From NCBI GenBank assembly GCA_963727445.1, contig CAVSGI010000009.1, positions 160,001 to 224,000 on the forward strand: a stretch of 64,000 nucleotides of DNA. The letters run 5' to 3'. The stretch is from an uncultured delta proteobacterium (GTDB taxonomy: Bacteria > Myxococcota_A > Polyangia > Polyangiales > B10-G4). The position numbers and the translations under genes were made by a program. Below the pieces are notes generated by a model, which was not told the origin of the DNA, did no database searches, and saw nothing but the letters and a program-made list of their open reading frames with translations. Of the stretch, positions 32,388 through 42,408 are shown piece by piece (within the stretch, counting starts at the first letter, position 1; each line of letters starts with the position of its first letter).

Positions 32388-33209
32388 ATGACCCACCGCG
32401 CCGCCGCCATCCTCCTCCTCTTCGCCTCTGCTTGCGTGGTGCCGGTCGCGGATGGGCTCGACGCGGACGCCGGCGACCCGCCCTGGATGAACGATGCGGC
32501 CATGGAAGTGGAGCTGGCAGCCTGGGACGAACCCCACGTCGTAGAGCCAGGCGCGGCGCAGACTGCGGGCGGCGAAGTCGTAGAGGCACCCGCAGCCGAC
32601 GAGGAGCCCACCACCCCGACCGAGGTCACGATCGTCGAGGATATCGACGAGGGTGCTGTCCTCGACATCGTCGGGCTCCCCGCCATCTCGCGCGACGGAC
32701 GCGTCGTGGCGATGATGACCTACGACGACGCGTACGGCGTCCGGCGGGTGAGCTTCATGGGGGCGCGCACTGGTCGCCCCGTCCGGCAGATCGACGTCGA
32801 CGCCGAGGATCCCGAGAGCGATGCGCCGGCGCGGGCGCTCCACGACGCGTTCGACGCGGGCGACTACGTGCCGCTGGTTTCCCTCGAGCACATCTGGAAC
32901 GAAGACGACGACTCCGGAATGGACGTGACCTTCCTCGGTGACGACCTCAGCGTCCGCCAAGAGGGGCGGCGCGTCGTGGCCTGGGATGACGCGGGTGACG
33001 TCGTGGCTACCATCGCAGTCCGCCCGCGCGTGCCGGATGGCGTCGGGCGCAACCTCATGGCGCCGGAGATGGTCGACGTCCCGATGGTCGCCTGGACCCA
33101 CACAGCCTTCGTGTCCCAGGACGGCCGCCACCTCGTGACCATCCTGGCCGCTTGCGACTGCGCGTGTGACATCAATCCGTACGCACGCGCGACCGTCATC
33201 GAGCGATGA
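32388..33209 (+). CDS. Hypothetical acidic lipoprotein
   Basis: MTHRAAAILLLFASAC lipobox. Confidence 0.65.
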   Translation: MTHRAAAILLLFASACVVPVADGLDADAGDPPWMNDAAMEVELAAWDEPHVVEPGAAQTAGGEVVEAPAADEEPTTPTEVTIVEDIDEGAVLDIVGLPAISRDGRVVAMMTYDDAYGVRRVSFMGARTGRPVRQIDVDAEDPESDAPARALHDAFDAGDYVPLVSLEHIWNEDDDSGMDVTFLGDDLSVRQEGRRVVAWDDAGDVVATIAVRPRVPDGVGRNLMAPEMVDVPMVAWTHTAFVSQDGRHLVTILAACDCACDINPYARATVIER

Positions 33210-33239
33210 GCGGTGGGTTGGCGTCAGGCGTCCGCGCAA

Positions 33240-34205
33240 TCAGAAGCTGCCGTAGACGACCACGCTCCCCAGCCCGGCGCCGACCGAGATCGAAGGGGAC
33301 GGGGGCGGGGGCGGGATGCGCACCTCGCTGACGTCCCCACTGCGCCGGCGGCGCGCGCGGAGCGCGTCGCGCATCTTCTCGTAGGCGCTCCAGCGCTGCT
33401 CCACGCCGCTGGTGCTGAAGAGCTGGATCACGCCCGAGACGATCGATATGGCCGGCGCGAGGAGGAGCAGGTAGGAAAAGGCGCTCGAGAACGAGAACCC
33501 GGACCCCGCAGCGAAGAGCACGCCGAGGCCGACACCGGCCGCAATGTTCACCGATGCGCCGATGACGCGCGCGAGGAAGTAAGCGTGCGCGAACGACTCG
33601 AGCTGCTCTTCGCCGTAGCGCATCTGAGCCACCGCCTGCTCGAGGTTGCCGCGCGGCATCGACATGTATTGGGTGGCGGGATCCGAAGGGTTGGGGATCA
33701 GGACCAGGCGAGCGATCGGTCGCACCAGGCTGATACCGCCGTACGCATACATGTACGGTGCCGCGACGTCGAGCGGCGACCCGCTCACCTGCATCGCGAT
33801 CCCCGCTCCGATGTAGACGGCCCCGAAGACGAACGACGGGATCGCGCTAGCCCACTTCGCCCCGCCGCTCAGCGCCAGCGACCCCCAGGTGGAATCGAGC
33901 CACGACAGCCGCATCTGCACCTCGGTGACGGAGAGTCCCGACGCGCTTCGTTCGCTGGCGGGCATCGTCGTCGGGTAGCGGGATGTGACACCGGGTCCCA
34001 TCGGACCCGGTCCCGGCGTGGTCGTTGGGTAGGTCGACGGCGTGGTCGGGTAGGCCGGCGTCTGCGTGGCGGGCTGTCCCGTCGCCTCCTCCGCCGTCGG
34101 CGGGCGGCTCAGCGCATCCCCCGATTCCTGCTGCGCCAGGGCAGGCGACACGAAGGCGGCGAGAGAGATGGCTACGCAAATGAGGCGAGTGAGCACCGTG
34201 ATCAT
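33240..34205 (-). CDS. Hypothetical membrane protein with signal peptide
   Basis: Signal ..SPALA-QQ, Pro/Thr linker, several hydrophobic segments. Confidence 0.65.
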   Translation of the reverse strand: MITVLTRLICVAISLAAFVSPALAQQESGDALSRPPTAEEATGQPATQTPAYPTTPSTYPTTTPGPGPMGPGVTSRYPTTMPASERSASGLSVTEVQMRLSWLDSTWGSLALSGGAKWASAIPSFVFGAVYIGAGIAMQVSGSPLDVAAPYMYAYGGISLVRPIARLVLIPNPSDPATQYMSMPRGNLEQAVAQMRYGEEQLESFAHAYFLARVIGASVNIAAGVGLGVLFAAGSGFSFSSAFSYLLLLAPAISIVSGVIQLFSTSGVEQRWSAYEKMRDALRARRRRSGDVSEVRIPPPPPSPSISVGAGLGSVVVYGSF

Positions 34206-34300
34206 GGGCGTACCACACGGACGGGCTCGGGGCGATGCGAACGGCCGTCCACGTCCTGGGAGGACTGTGTCTCGTCTGTGCAGCATGCGAGCATCGCGCC

Positions 34301-34993
34301 ATGCGCACGACATTGATCCTCGTAACCCTCTGCGTTGCATGTGAAGACGATCCGGCAGCTACCGAAGCCGCACCACCGGCGCCGGTCGCCGAGACGCCCG
34401 AGTCTGCGACGCCGACGCCGTCTCCTGCGCCAGCGCCGATCCCGACTGAACCGGAGACGACTACCGGTTTCATCGAAGCGACGGTCGGCGGCGAGCAGAA
34501 GCGATACGAGTACCTCCCCGCCACGGACAACCGGGTGTTGACGCGGCTCACGAAGATGATGGCGCGCGCCGGCGCGGATAGCGCAGAAGGATTCGAGCTC
34601 CTGCTGCTCGGATGGGACGTGCGCACGGTCGACCTTCCGATGGTCTTCAAGCACGACATGCAGGCGGCCATTCACGGAGATATCGCGGCCGCGGGCCGTA
34701 TGCCGTCGCTGAAGTACCGAGACGCCGAGGGTGGTGTCTACACGCTGGTCTTCAACGACGACTCACTCGAATGTCAGAGCCTCGACAGCCTCTTGTTGAA
34801 GTGCACGTTCTCCGGCACGTTGAACGAGCGCGATGGCGACGGCCGTCTCGAGATCACCGATGGGCGGGCAGAAGTGCAGCTCACGACCGACACGGTGTCC
34901 GACGCATTCGTGGAGGGAACCGTGGGCGCTGCTGCCGACGAATCCACCGAACGCGTTCAAGAGGCGATCGACGGCGTCACCATGATGAACTGA
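34301..34993 (+). CDS. Hypothetical lipoprotein
   Basis: MRTTLILVTLCVAC, Pro-rich linker. Confidence 0.65.
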   Translation: MRTTLILVTLCVACEDDPAATEAAPPAPVAETPESATPTPSPAPAPIPTEPETTTGFIEATVGGEQKRYEYLPATDNRVLTRLTKMMARAGADSAEGFELLLLGWDVRTVDLPMVFKHDMQAAIHGDIAAAGRMPSLKYRDAEGGVYTLVFNDDSLECQSLDSLLLKCTFSGTLNERDGDGRLEITDGRAEVQLTTDTVSDAFVEGTVGAAADESTERVQEAIDGVTMMN

Positions 34994-35042
34994 GCTCGGG
35001 AGCGCATCGCCAAGACCGCCGCGATGGGGGTACGCTGTCGGC

Positions 35043-35822
35043 GTGAGGAAGCCGCCGACGCTCGTGGTCGCGATGTTGCTCATCGCTTGCGGTTCGGCCG
35101 ACGCGCCCCGCGAGGCGTCGCCGCCTCCGACGGTCCCCTCCGCCGGCGACGAGCAAGTCGACGAAGGCTCGGTGGAAAGCGCCGAAGCCGAGGTCGACCC
35201 CGATCGCGCCACACTCATGCGCACCCTCCTGGTGCGCGGGCGCAATCTCGCAGATGCGGGTGAGACGGGGCTGCTCCTCGACCTGTGGGATCAGCTCTAC
35301 GTTCACGTCCAGTTGATTCGCATGGGGAGCCCCCGTGTCGCGGACATGGACCCGGACGAGGTGGAAGCGCTGATGGCCGAGGTCGACGCGCTCGCCGAAC
35401 GCCTCCCGCCGAGCGAGACCACGGACGATTGGCCCATGGTGGGCGCGACCACGCTCGGGCGCGTTCGCCTCGAAGAGGGTGCGCGGGACGCGGAGCCGCT
35501 CAGAACGTTCCTCGAGACCAAGAGGGAAGAGGTCCAGGCCTGTTACCGCGCCGCACTGGACACCTACGCCGACGAGGCTGGGCACGTGGTCGTGTACGTT
35601 CACCTCGACGCCGGCGGGATCGTCGGAGACGCCGAGTCCCGAGCCAGCAGCATCTCGCAGGACACCCTCGCCGATTGCATCGTCGATGCGATGCGCGGCT
35701 GGCGATTCCCACCGTCACAGGACGCCGCCGTCGTCACCGTGGAGTGGGTGATGGAGTCGAGGCGGGCCACGCGCGCGGAGGCGGGACGAGCTGCGCCCCC
35801 GGCTTCCCCCGACACGCCGTGA
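35043..35822 (+). CDS. Lipoprotein with AgmX/PglI (TonB-C-like) C-terminal domain
   Basis: LLIAC; VQACYRAAL..GHVVV..CIVDAMRGWRFP. Confidence 0.7.
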   Translation: MRKPPTLVVAMLLIACGSADAPREASPPPTVPSAGDEQVDEGSVESAEAEVDPDRATLMRTLLVRGRNLADAGETGLLLDLWDQLYVHVQLIRMGSPRVADMDPDEVEALMAEVDALAERLPPSETTDDWPMVGATTLGRVRLEEGARDAEPLRTFLETKREEVQACYRAALDTYADEAGHVVVYVHLDAGGIVGDAESRASSISQDTLADCIVDAMRGWRFPPSQDAAVVTVEWVMESRRATRAEAGRAAPPASPDTP

Positions 35823-35828
35823 GCGGAC

Positions 35829-37382
35829 TCAGCTAGTCGTGCCCCCGCCGGGGGTCGCCTTGTCGCGTGGAGGCCACGCGCGGCGGCCGTGACACCACGT
35901 CTCGAGCACCTCGATGTCGCGGATCTTCGTCGGGTCGGCGGCCAGAGGGTCGCCGTCCAGAACGACGAAGTCGGCCCACTTGCCCGGGGAGATGGATCCG
36001 TGCTCCCGCTCCTCGAGGCCGGCGAAGGCGGCGTCGATGGTCATCATGCGCAGAGCTTGTTCCGGGCTGATGCGTTGCTCCTCGTTCGGGTGGTTCACCG
36101 CCGCGTGGATCCCGAGCAGCGGCTTCGGGGGCGTGACGTTGGTGTCGGAGCCGCCCGCGATCCGAATGCCCGCATCCAAGATCGTCCTCAGGCGGTTGGT
36201 GTCGCGCCACGCGTCGCCGAGGCGCATCGAATACATCTTGTCGGGTCCGCCCCAGTAGTACTCGAATGACGGCTGCATGCTGGTGATCACGCCCAGATCT
36301 CGTGCTCGCGCGATCTGCCGGTCGGTCGCGAGCTCGAAATGCTCGATCCGGTGGCGATGGTCGTAACGTGGGTGTCGGTTCAGCGCACGCTCGTACGCGT
36401 CGAGCACCTGCTCGATGGCGCGAGGGCCGATCGCGTGGAAAGCGAGCTGCACGCCCTCGACGTGGGCCTCCTCGACGAACGCGGCGAACTCACGCGGCTT
36501 CTCGTAGAGCACACCGCGTTGGCCGGGGGCGTCCGCGTAGTCCGTGTCCAGGGCCGCCGTGTAGGAGCCGATCGAGCCATCCATGAGGATGCAGCCACCC
36601 AGGTGCTCGAACCCGAAGCGCGTGGTCAATGGGACGTTCATCTCCTGCAAGAAGACGATCACGTCGAGAGGGAGCTTGTCGATCTTGCGAAGGAGCGTCT
36701 GTACGCCTTCGTCCCCGAAGACCTTGCCGCCCTCGAGGGCGTGTACCGAGGTGATTCCATTCTGGAGGCATCGGTCCGCGACCATCCGAACGGCGCGCTC
36801 CTTGGTTTCGATCGGGTACAGGCGTGACACGCGGGCCTTCGCGTAGAAGTACGCCTCCGAGCGGAGGATGCCGTTGGGATGACCCGCGGAGTCGGTGAGC
36901 AGCCCGGGCATGCCCGACGGCACGTCCAGCCGCGAGAGCGCAGGCGTATTGACCACCGAAGAGTGGTAGTCGACGCGGTTGATCCAGACCGGACGCTGAG
37001 GGAAGAGACTGTCGATCTCGTGACGCGTGAGGCGTTCCACGTCTTCGAGGACCTCCTCCTCGTAGCTGTGAGCGAAGATCCACGCGCGCTGACCTCTCGC
37101 CGCCGCCTTCAGGCGCTTGCCGATCTCGTCGACGTTGGTCGCGCCTGCCAGATCCACGAAGAGCAGGTCGAGGCCGGTCTGAAAGAAATGTGCGTGCGCA
37201 TCGACGAAGCCCGGGACGACGGTGCGGCCTCCGAGGTCCACCTGCTCGATGCCCTCTGGTGGAGGACCGGAGCCCACGCGCTGAAAGCGATGGCCGATGG
37301 TCACGAACCAATCGGCGTTCGGCCGATCGGGATCGACGGTGTGGATGGTCGCGTTCTTGAACAGCTTCGCCTTCGCGCTCAC
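35829..37382 (-). CDS. Amidohydrolase family 3 (YtcJ-like)
   Basis: PGFVDAHAH, DGSIG, FHAIG, HRIEH, GGSD, GKWADFVVL. Confidence 0.9.
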   Translation of the reverse strand: MSAKAKLFKNATIHTVDPDRPNADWFVTIGHRFQRVGSGPPPEGIEQVDLGGRTVVPGFVDAHAHFFQTGLDLLFVDLAGATNVDEIGKRLKAAARGQRAWIFAHSYEEEVLEDVERLTRHEIDSLFPQRPVWINRVDYHSSVVNTPALSRLDVPSGMPGLLTDSAGHPNGILRSEAYFYAKARVSRLYPIETKERAVRMVADRCLQNGITSVHALEGGKVFGDEGVQTLLRKIDKLPLDVIVFLQEMNVPLTTRFGFEHLGGCILMDGSIGSYTAALDTDYADAPGQRGVLYEKPREFAAFVEEAHVEGVQLAFHAIGPRAIEQVLDAYERALNRHPRYDHRHRIEHFELATDRQIARARDLGVITSMQPSFEYYWGGPDKMYSMRLGDAWRDTNRLRTILDAGIRIAGGSDTNVTPPKPLLGIHAAVNHPNEEQRISPEQALRMMTIDAAFAGLEEREHGSISPGKWADFVVLDGDPLAADPTKIRDIEVLETWCHGRRAWPPRDKATPGGGTTS

Positions 37383-38456
37383 GTTCCGTTGGCTCCTCGT
37401 TTCGTGGCCTGCGGGAGGAGGGGTTTGACCCAGATGTTCATGTCCTCGAACTCTCCGTAGATGTCGCAGTTGTTCAATAGACGTCCCGAATACTCGTAGC
37501 CCAGTCGGTAGAAGACCCGGTTCATCCCCACCGAGCGCGCGCGGGCCAACGTGTAGCCGGTCATGATCCCCCGCTTCCGGAGATCGCCCTCGAGGGCGGT
37601 GAGGAGCGAATACATCAGCCCTTTGCCCCGCTCCGCCTTGAACGTGGCGCAGTCGGTGAGCTCCGCGTTGGAGTGCTTGGTGTCGATCTCGGCGCTGGCG
37701 GCGCTCACCAGAGTCCCGTGAGGATCGATGACGGCACGATAGACAACGTGACGCCTCATCGTCTGCTGGATGTAGTCCGGATGAGTGAGCGGGCTGGGGT
37801 AGGTGGAGAAGACGTCGCGGTAGAGCGTGACCAAGGCCGGGATATGCACCTCAGTCGCTTCGACGAGGGAGTAGCCGTCGGGAAGCGGCGGCGGTGGGTC
37901 CGGCGGGCCGTCCTTGAGGAGTGTCTCGATGAGGCTGCTCTCATCGATGAGGTGCGGGCTGGTCACGCGGTCGATCGATCCGAACCGGCTCAAGACGTAG
38001 GCGTTGTCGCCCCGATAGAAGTACTTGAGGATGCCTTCGAGCATGTAGCCGAGGCCCAGAAACTTCTGCCAGTCGTCGGAGCGCGCCTTCAAGAAGATCT
38101 TGTCGTACTGGTTTTCCGTGGCGAGCCACGCGAGTCGAATCCGACATCGCGCGATAGTCGGTCGCCTCGTAGTCCATCACCTTGAGCCGCCGGTTGTAGT
38201 TGTCGAAGAAGGCCCGAACGGAGAAGCCTTCGTCTTCGATCTCGAAGTCGAGCCCGTAGAGCTGTCCGATGACGGTGGTGCGGACGCCTCGGTCGAGGGT
38301 GATCCGCGCCATCCCCATGTCTTTTTCCGTCGGGATGATCGGCGCGAGCTCGCTGGTCGGAGTCGACGCGATCGAGCCGGGTTTCGCGATGTCGACGCTC
38401 GGCTTCGCCTCCTCTTCATCGCGCCGCTGCTCATCCAGCTCAGTCGTCGTGACCAT
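37379..38456 (-). CDS. Putative beta-lysine N-acetyltransferase (AblB-like GNAT), apparent +1 frameshift ~38140
   Basis: VFSTYPSP, AELTDCAT..RGKGL, TLARA.S.GMN..F...GY.YSGRLLNNC.I.G..EDMNIW. Confidence 0.8.
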
Positions 38457-40502
38457 CAGCGTCTCCCTTCGAGCAGCCGCGTCCGGCGCCTCTGACGCAG
38501 CCGGCGTATGGCAGGCGCCATGATCTCGCCGATCAGCGAGCGGTATTCGATACCGGCGGCCTCCGCGATGACGCAGTAGTCGGAGAAACCGGGCGTGAGC
38601 CCGGGCAGAGGATTGCACTCGATGAAGTTGAGGCGTCCGTCGGCATCCAGACGGAAGTCGACGCGCGCCATGTCACGACATCCGAGCGCGGAGAAGACGG
38701 TGCGCGCCGCGCGTTCGAGCTCCTTCTGGAGCGCCGGATCGATCTTCGCGGGGACCTGGAATTGGATCGGCTTGCCCTTGAACTTGTGCTCGAAGGAATA
38801 GACGGGGTTGGTCTCCGACGGGTCGAAGACGATCTCCATCGGAGGCAGCACCCGCGGCCGGCGCTCGCCGAGGAGGCCGACGGTGAACTCGCGCCCCGGC
38901 AGGTAGGTCTCGGCGAGCACCGACTGCCGGTAGCGCCCGGCGATCTCCTGCGCCAGCTCCCGGAGCTCCGCTTCGGTCTCGACCACCCCCGCATCGATGA
39001 TCCCCTTGGAGCTTCCCTCGTGCACCGGTTTGGTGATCACGGGAAAGGTGAAGCCCTTGGGGAGCCGCTCCTTGCCGGTGGTCATCAGAATCCCGACAGG
39101 GGAGGGGATCCCGGCTTCGTGGACGACGCGTTTTGCCAGGCCCTTGTCGAGGGAGAGGGACAACGCCGTGGGGTCGGAGCCGGTGTAGGGGATGCCCAGA
39201 AGCTCGAGCAGCGCCGGGACCTGTGCCTCGCGGGCGCGTCCTTCGATGCCCTCGGCGATGTTGAAGACCAGATCGAGACCTTGAGCCGGAAGGATGGCGG
39301 GCAGCTCCGGTGTCGCTTCGAGATCGACGACCTCGTGTCCATAGGACTCGATGGCCTCGCGGATCTGGGCGATCGTCTCGGGCGTATCGAACTCGGCGTC
39401 GCGATCGCTCTTCTCTGCATCGCCGGCCTGTGTTCCTGGCGCGCGGAGGTTGAAGGTGATGCCCACGCGCAGCTGCGACGAGCGCCGGCGCTGCCGCGAC
39501 TTCGCGACCGAGATGCCGTAGCGGTCGGCGGCGCTCTTCACCACGGCGTCGAGGACGGACTCCGTGCTCTCGAGCCCGGCGAGGGCGCCCGATACGTAGA
39601 GGGACGCGCCCTTCTCGAAGCTCGGCAGGGCGTTGAGCTCGATGAAGTAGAGCTCGCCGTCGTCACCGACGCGGAAGTCGATGCGCCCGGCATCTCGGAC
39701 GCCGAGGACTCGGAACACCGTCCGCGACAAATCCATGACCTTCGCTCGCTGCGCCTCGGTGATCTCTGCGGGGACCTTCACGTGCACCGCTTCGAAGCCG
39801 ACCGTCTTCAGCTCGAAGTCGTAGAGCTGGTACTTGCGATCGCCGGTGTACGCCGTGTCGAAGTGATAGGACGCCGGCTCCAGCACCCCTCCGGTCTTCG
39901 GCGAAGCCCGCTCGACGAAGGGGACCACGAGATCACGACCAACGATGAACTCCTCCACCAGGATCCCGGCCGGATAGCGGCCGAGGAGCGTGATCAGCAG
40001 GGACCTCAGGCTCGCCTCGTCGTCCACGACGAAGTCGGTGGTGATCCCCATCGAGCTGCCCTCGTAGTTGGGCTTGGCGATGAGGGGGAAGCGCCAGCCC
40101 GTGACGTCGAGCTTGGAGATGTCCTCGACGACCGTGCCACGCGGCGACCGCACCCCGTGGCCATCGAGCATCAGCTTCGTCAGCGCCTTGTCCAGGGTGA
40201 GCGCGCAGACGTACGCATCGGAGCCGGTGAACGCGAGCCCCAGCCAATCGAAGAGCGCCGGGTAGAAGGCTTCGCGAAAGCGACCGCGCGAGCCTTCGGC
40301 CGTGTTGAACACCAGAATCCGGTCCGAGCGCCTCGAGCCGCGCCACCACTCGCGCGGCGGGCCCCGAGACCTCGATCGGCTCGACCTCGTGTCCGAGCGC
40401 GCGAAGTCCCTGGGTGATCATCGTCACCGTCTCGGGCGTGTCGAACTCGGCTTCCTCTTCGGCGTGGGAGAGCTGTAGGTTGTGTGTGAACGCGATCCGC
40501 AT
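38456..40502 (-). CDS. Tandem double D-Ala-D-Ala-ligase-like ATP-grasp protein, apparent +1 frameshift ~40315
   Basis: Two units each with AEFDTPET, VFN.AEG, TGSD, KP..EGSS.GI, R.DFR and E.N.LP. Confidence 0.85.
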
Positions 40503-40691
40503 GGGCTCCGTGCTCGGCAAAAAAGGGGGGAGTCACCCTAACACGTCGCCGGTGACCGCTCCGATCGGAGCGAGGTCGATACATCACCAGTCGAGGACGG
40601 GTCGTGGATGCGCTCCGGGCGGGGTCTCCCATAGGCCCAACGCGAGTCCAGGCAAGGGAACACTTCGAACCCTGCTGTCGTATGATGAATC

Positions 40692-41213
40692 GTGCGCCGT
40701 AGCGCGTCCTTCGCAGCCGTCCTTTGCACCGTCACGCTGGCGAGCTCGCCCACCGTACACGCCCGGCCGCCGAAGCCGCCCGAAGTCAACGACCCACCGC
40801 AGGTTCAGTGTCGTTCCCTCGACGAGGGCGCCGGCGCTGCGCGCGCCGGGTGGGGCCGGGCCGACCGCACCAACGGATGCTTCTTCTTCAGTGGCCCCCA
40901 CGATCTCGGCCGGGACGACCATCTCGGCGCTCAGGCGCGCTACGAAGTCACGGCTGATCGTGTCGTCGTGCACTTCGGACAGCTGACGTTCTCGGGGCGC
41001 CTCTCGGGCGACCGCGTTCAGCTCCGCCGCGTCTCCAACCACGAATTCGGCTCCACGTGGCGGGTCACCGAGACCATCGAGGCTCGCTTCGTCCAGGAAC
41101 GTGGCTGCCGCATCCTGCGTGGGACGTATCACTACCAGGAGTGCGATACCGCGGGGAACCAATGCCCGGGGGGCTGCACCATCGACGCGCCCGTCAGGAT
41201 CACGGCGCGCTGA
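40692..41213 (+). CDS. Hypothetical secreted protein
   Basis: Signal-peptide-like N terminus, paired Cys. Confidence 0.55.
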   Translation: MRRSASFAAVLCTVTLASSPTVHARPPKPPEVNDPPQVQCRSLDEGAGAARAGWGRADRTNGCFFFSGPHDLGRDDHLGAQARYEVTADRVVVHFGQLTFSGRLSGDRVQLRRVSNHEFGSTWRVTETIEARFVQERGCRILRGTYHYQECDTAGNQCPGGCTIDAPVRITAR

Positions 41214-41353
41214 AGCCGCGGGGGCCGTCAGCCCGCCCACAGACATGGACGAAGGAGCCCTCTCCAAAGCCGCCTGAGGGACGAGCGAGCAGATCATCCC
41301 TTGCAACCCTCGAGCGGATGCCCGAAGAACGCCCTCCCAGAGGGAGGCATGCG

Positions 41354-42352
41354 ATGAAGGCGATGATCGTTCGTGAGGCTGGCAAGCCGTTTCAGTTGGA
41401 GGAGCGCGAGATTCCGGAGGCCGGGCCGGGGCAGGTCCGAATTCGGGTCGAGGCGTGCGGCGTCTGCCACAGCGACGCGTTCGTGAAGTTCGGCGCGATG
41501 GGTACGCTGCCGCGCGTGCCGGGACACGAGGTCGCCGGGGTCGTCGACGCGGTGGGCGAAGGTGTCGAGGGCTTTGCGAAGGGCCAGCGGGTCGGTGTGG
41601 GCTGGCACGGCGGGCACTGCTTCCGTTGCGACGCGTGCCGGCGCGGTGACTTCATCGGCTGCGCGAATGGGAAGATCTGCGGCGTCTCCTACGACGGCGG
41701 CTATCAGGAATACATGGTCGCGCCCTGGGAGGCGCTCGCGCGCATTCCGGATGAGCTCTCCGCCGCCGAGGCGGGGCCGCTCCTCTGCGCCGGGGTCACG
41801 ACCTTCAACTCGATGCGCAACAGCGGCGCTCGCCCGGGGGACACGGTGGCGATCCTGGGCATCGGAGGACTGGGTCACCTGGCGGTGCAATACGCCCGAC
41901 AGATGGGCTTTCGCACCGTGGCGATCTCCCGCGGCGACGACAAGAAGAAGCTCGCCGAGGAGCTCGGCGCGCACGAATTCATCGACGCCAAGGCCACCGA
42001 CGCCGCCGAGGCGCTGAAGGAGCTCGGTGGCGCGGACCTCGTCCTGGCCACGGCACCCAACGCCGAGGCCGTTCAAGGGATGGTCGGTGGGCTCAAGAGC
42101 CGCGGCAAGCTCATGCTTGTCGCCGCCGTCGCGGACCCCATGAAGATCGGCGGGCTGCCCCTGCTCTCCGGCAAGCAGATCCACGGCTGGCCGAGCGGCT
42201 CGTCCATCGACTCGGAGGACACGATGCGCTTCAGCGCCCTGGCCGGGGTGCGGCCGACGACCGAATCCTTCGCGCTCGAGCAGGCGGACGAGGCCTTCGC
42301 CAAGGTGATGGAGAACACGGTGCGCTTTCGCGCCGTGTTGAAGATCGCCTAG
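41354..42352 (+). CDS. Zn-dependent alcohol dehydrogenase
   Basis: GVCHSD, PGHE, CFRCDAC..C, GIGGLG. Confidence 0.93.
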   Translation: MKAMIVREAGKPFQLEEREIPEAGPGQVRIRVEACGVCHSDAFVKFGAMGTLPRVPGHEVAGVVDAVGEGVEGFAKGQRVGVGWHGGHCFRCDACRRGDFIGCANGKICGVSYDGGYQEYMVAPWEALARIPDELSAAEAGPLLCAGVTTFNSMRNSGARPGDTVAILGIGGLGHLAVQYARQMGFRTVAISRGDDKKKLAEELGAHEFIDAKATDAAEALKELGGADLVLATAPNAEAVQGMVGGLKSRGKLMLVAAVADPMKIGGLPLLSGKQIHGWPSGSSIDSEDTMRFSALAGVRPTTESFALEQADEAFAKVMENTVRFRAVLKIA

Positions 42353-42408
42353 CGCTAGAGCAGCCTCCGTTGGGCGGTCCGCGCCCCGTGTCGGTTAGGA
42401 TCGCGCCG

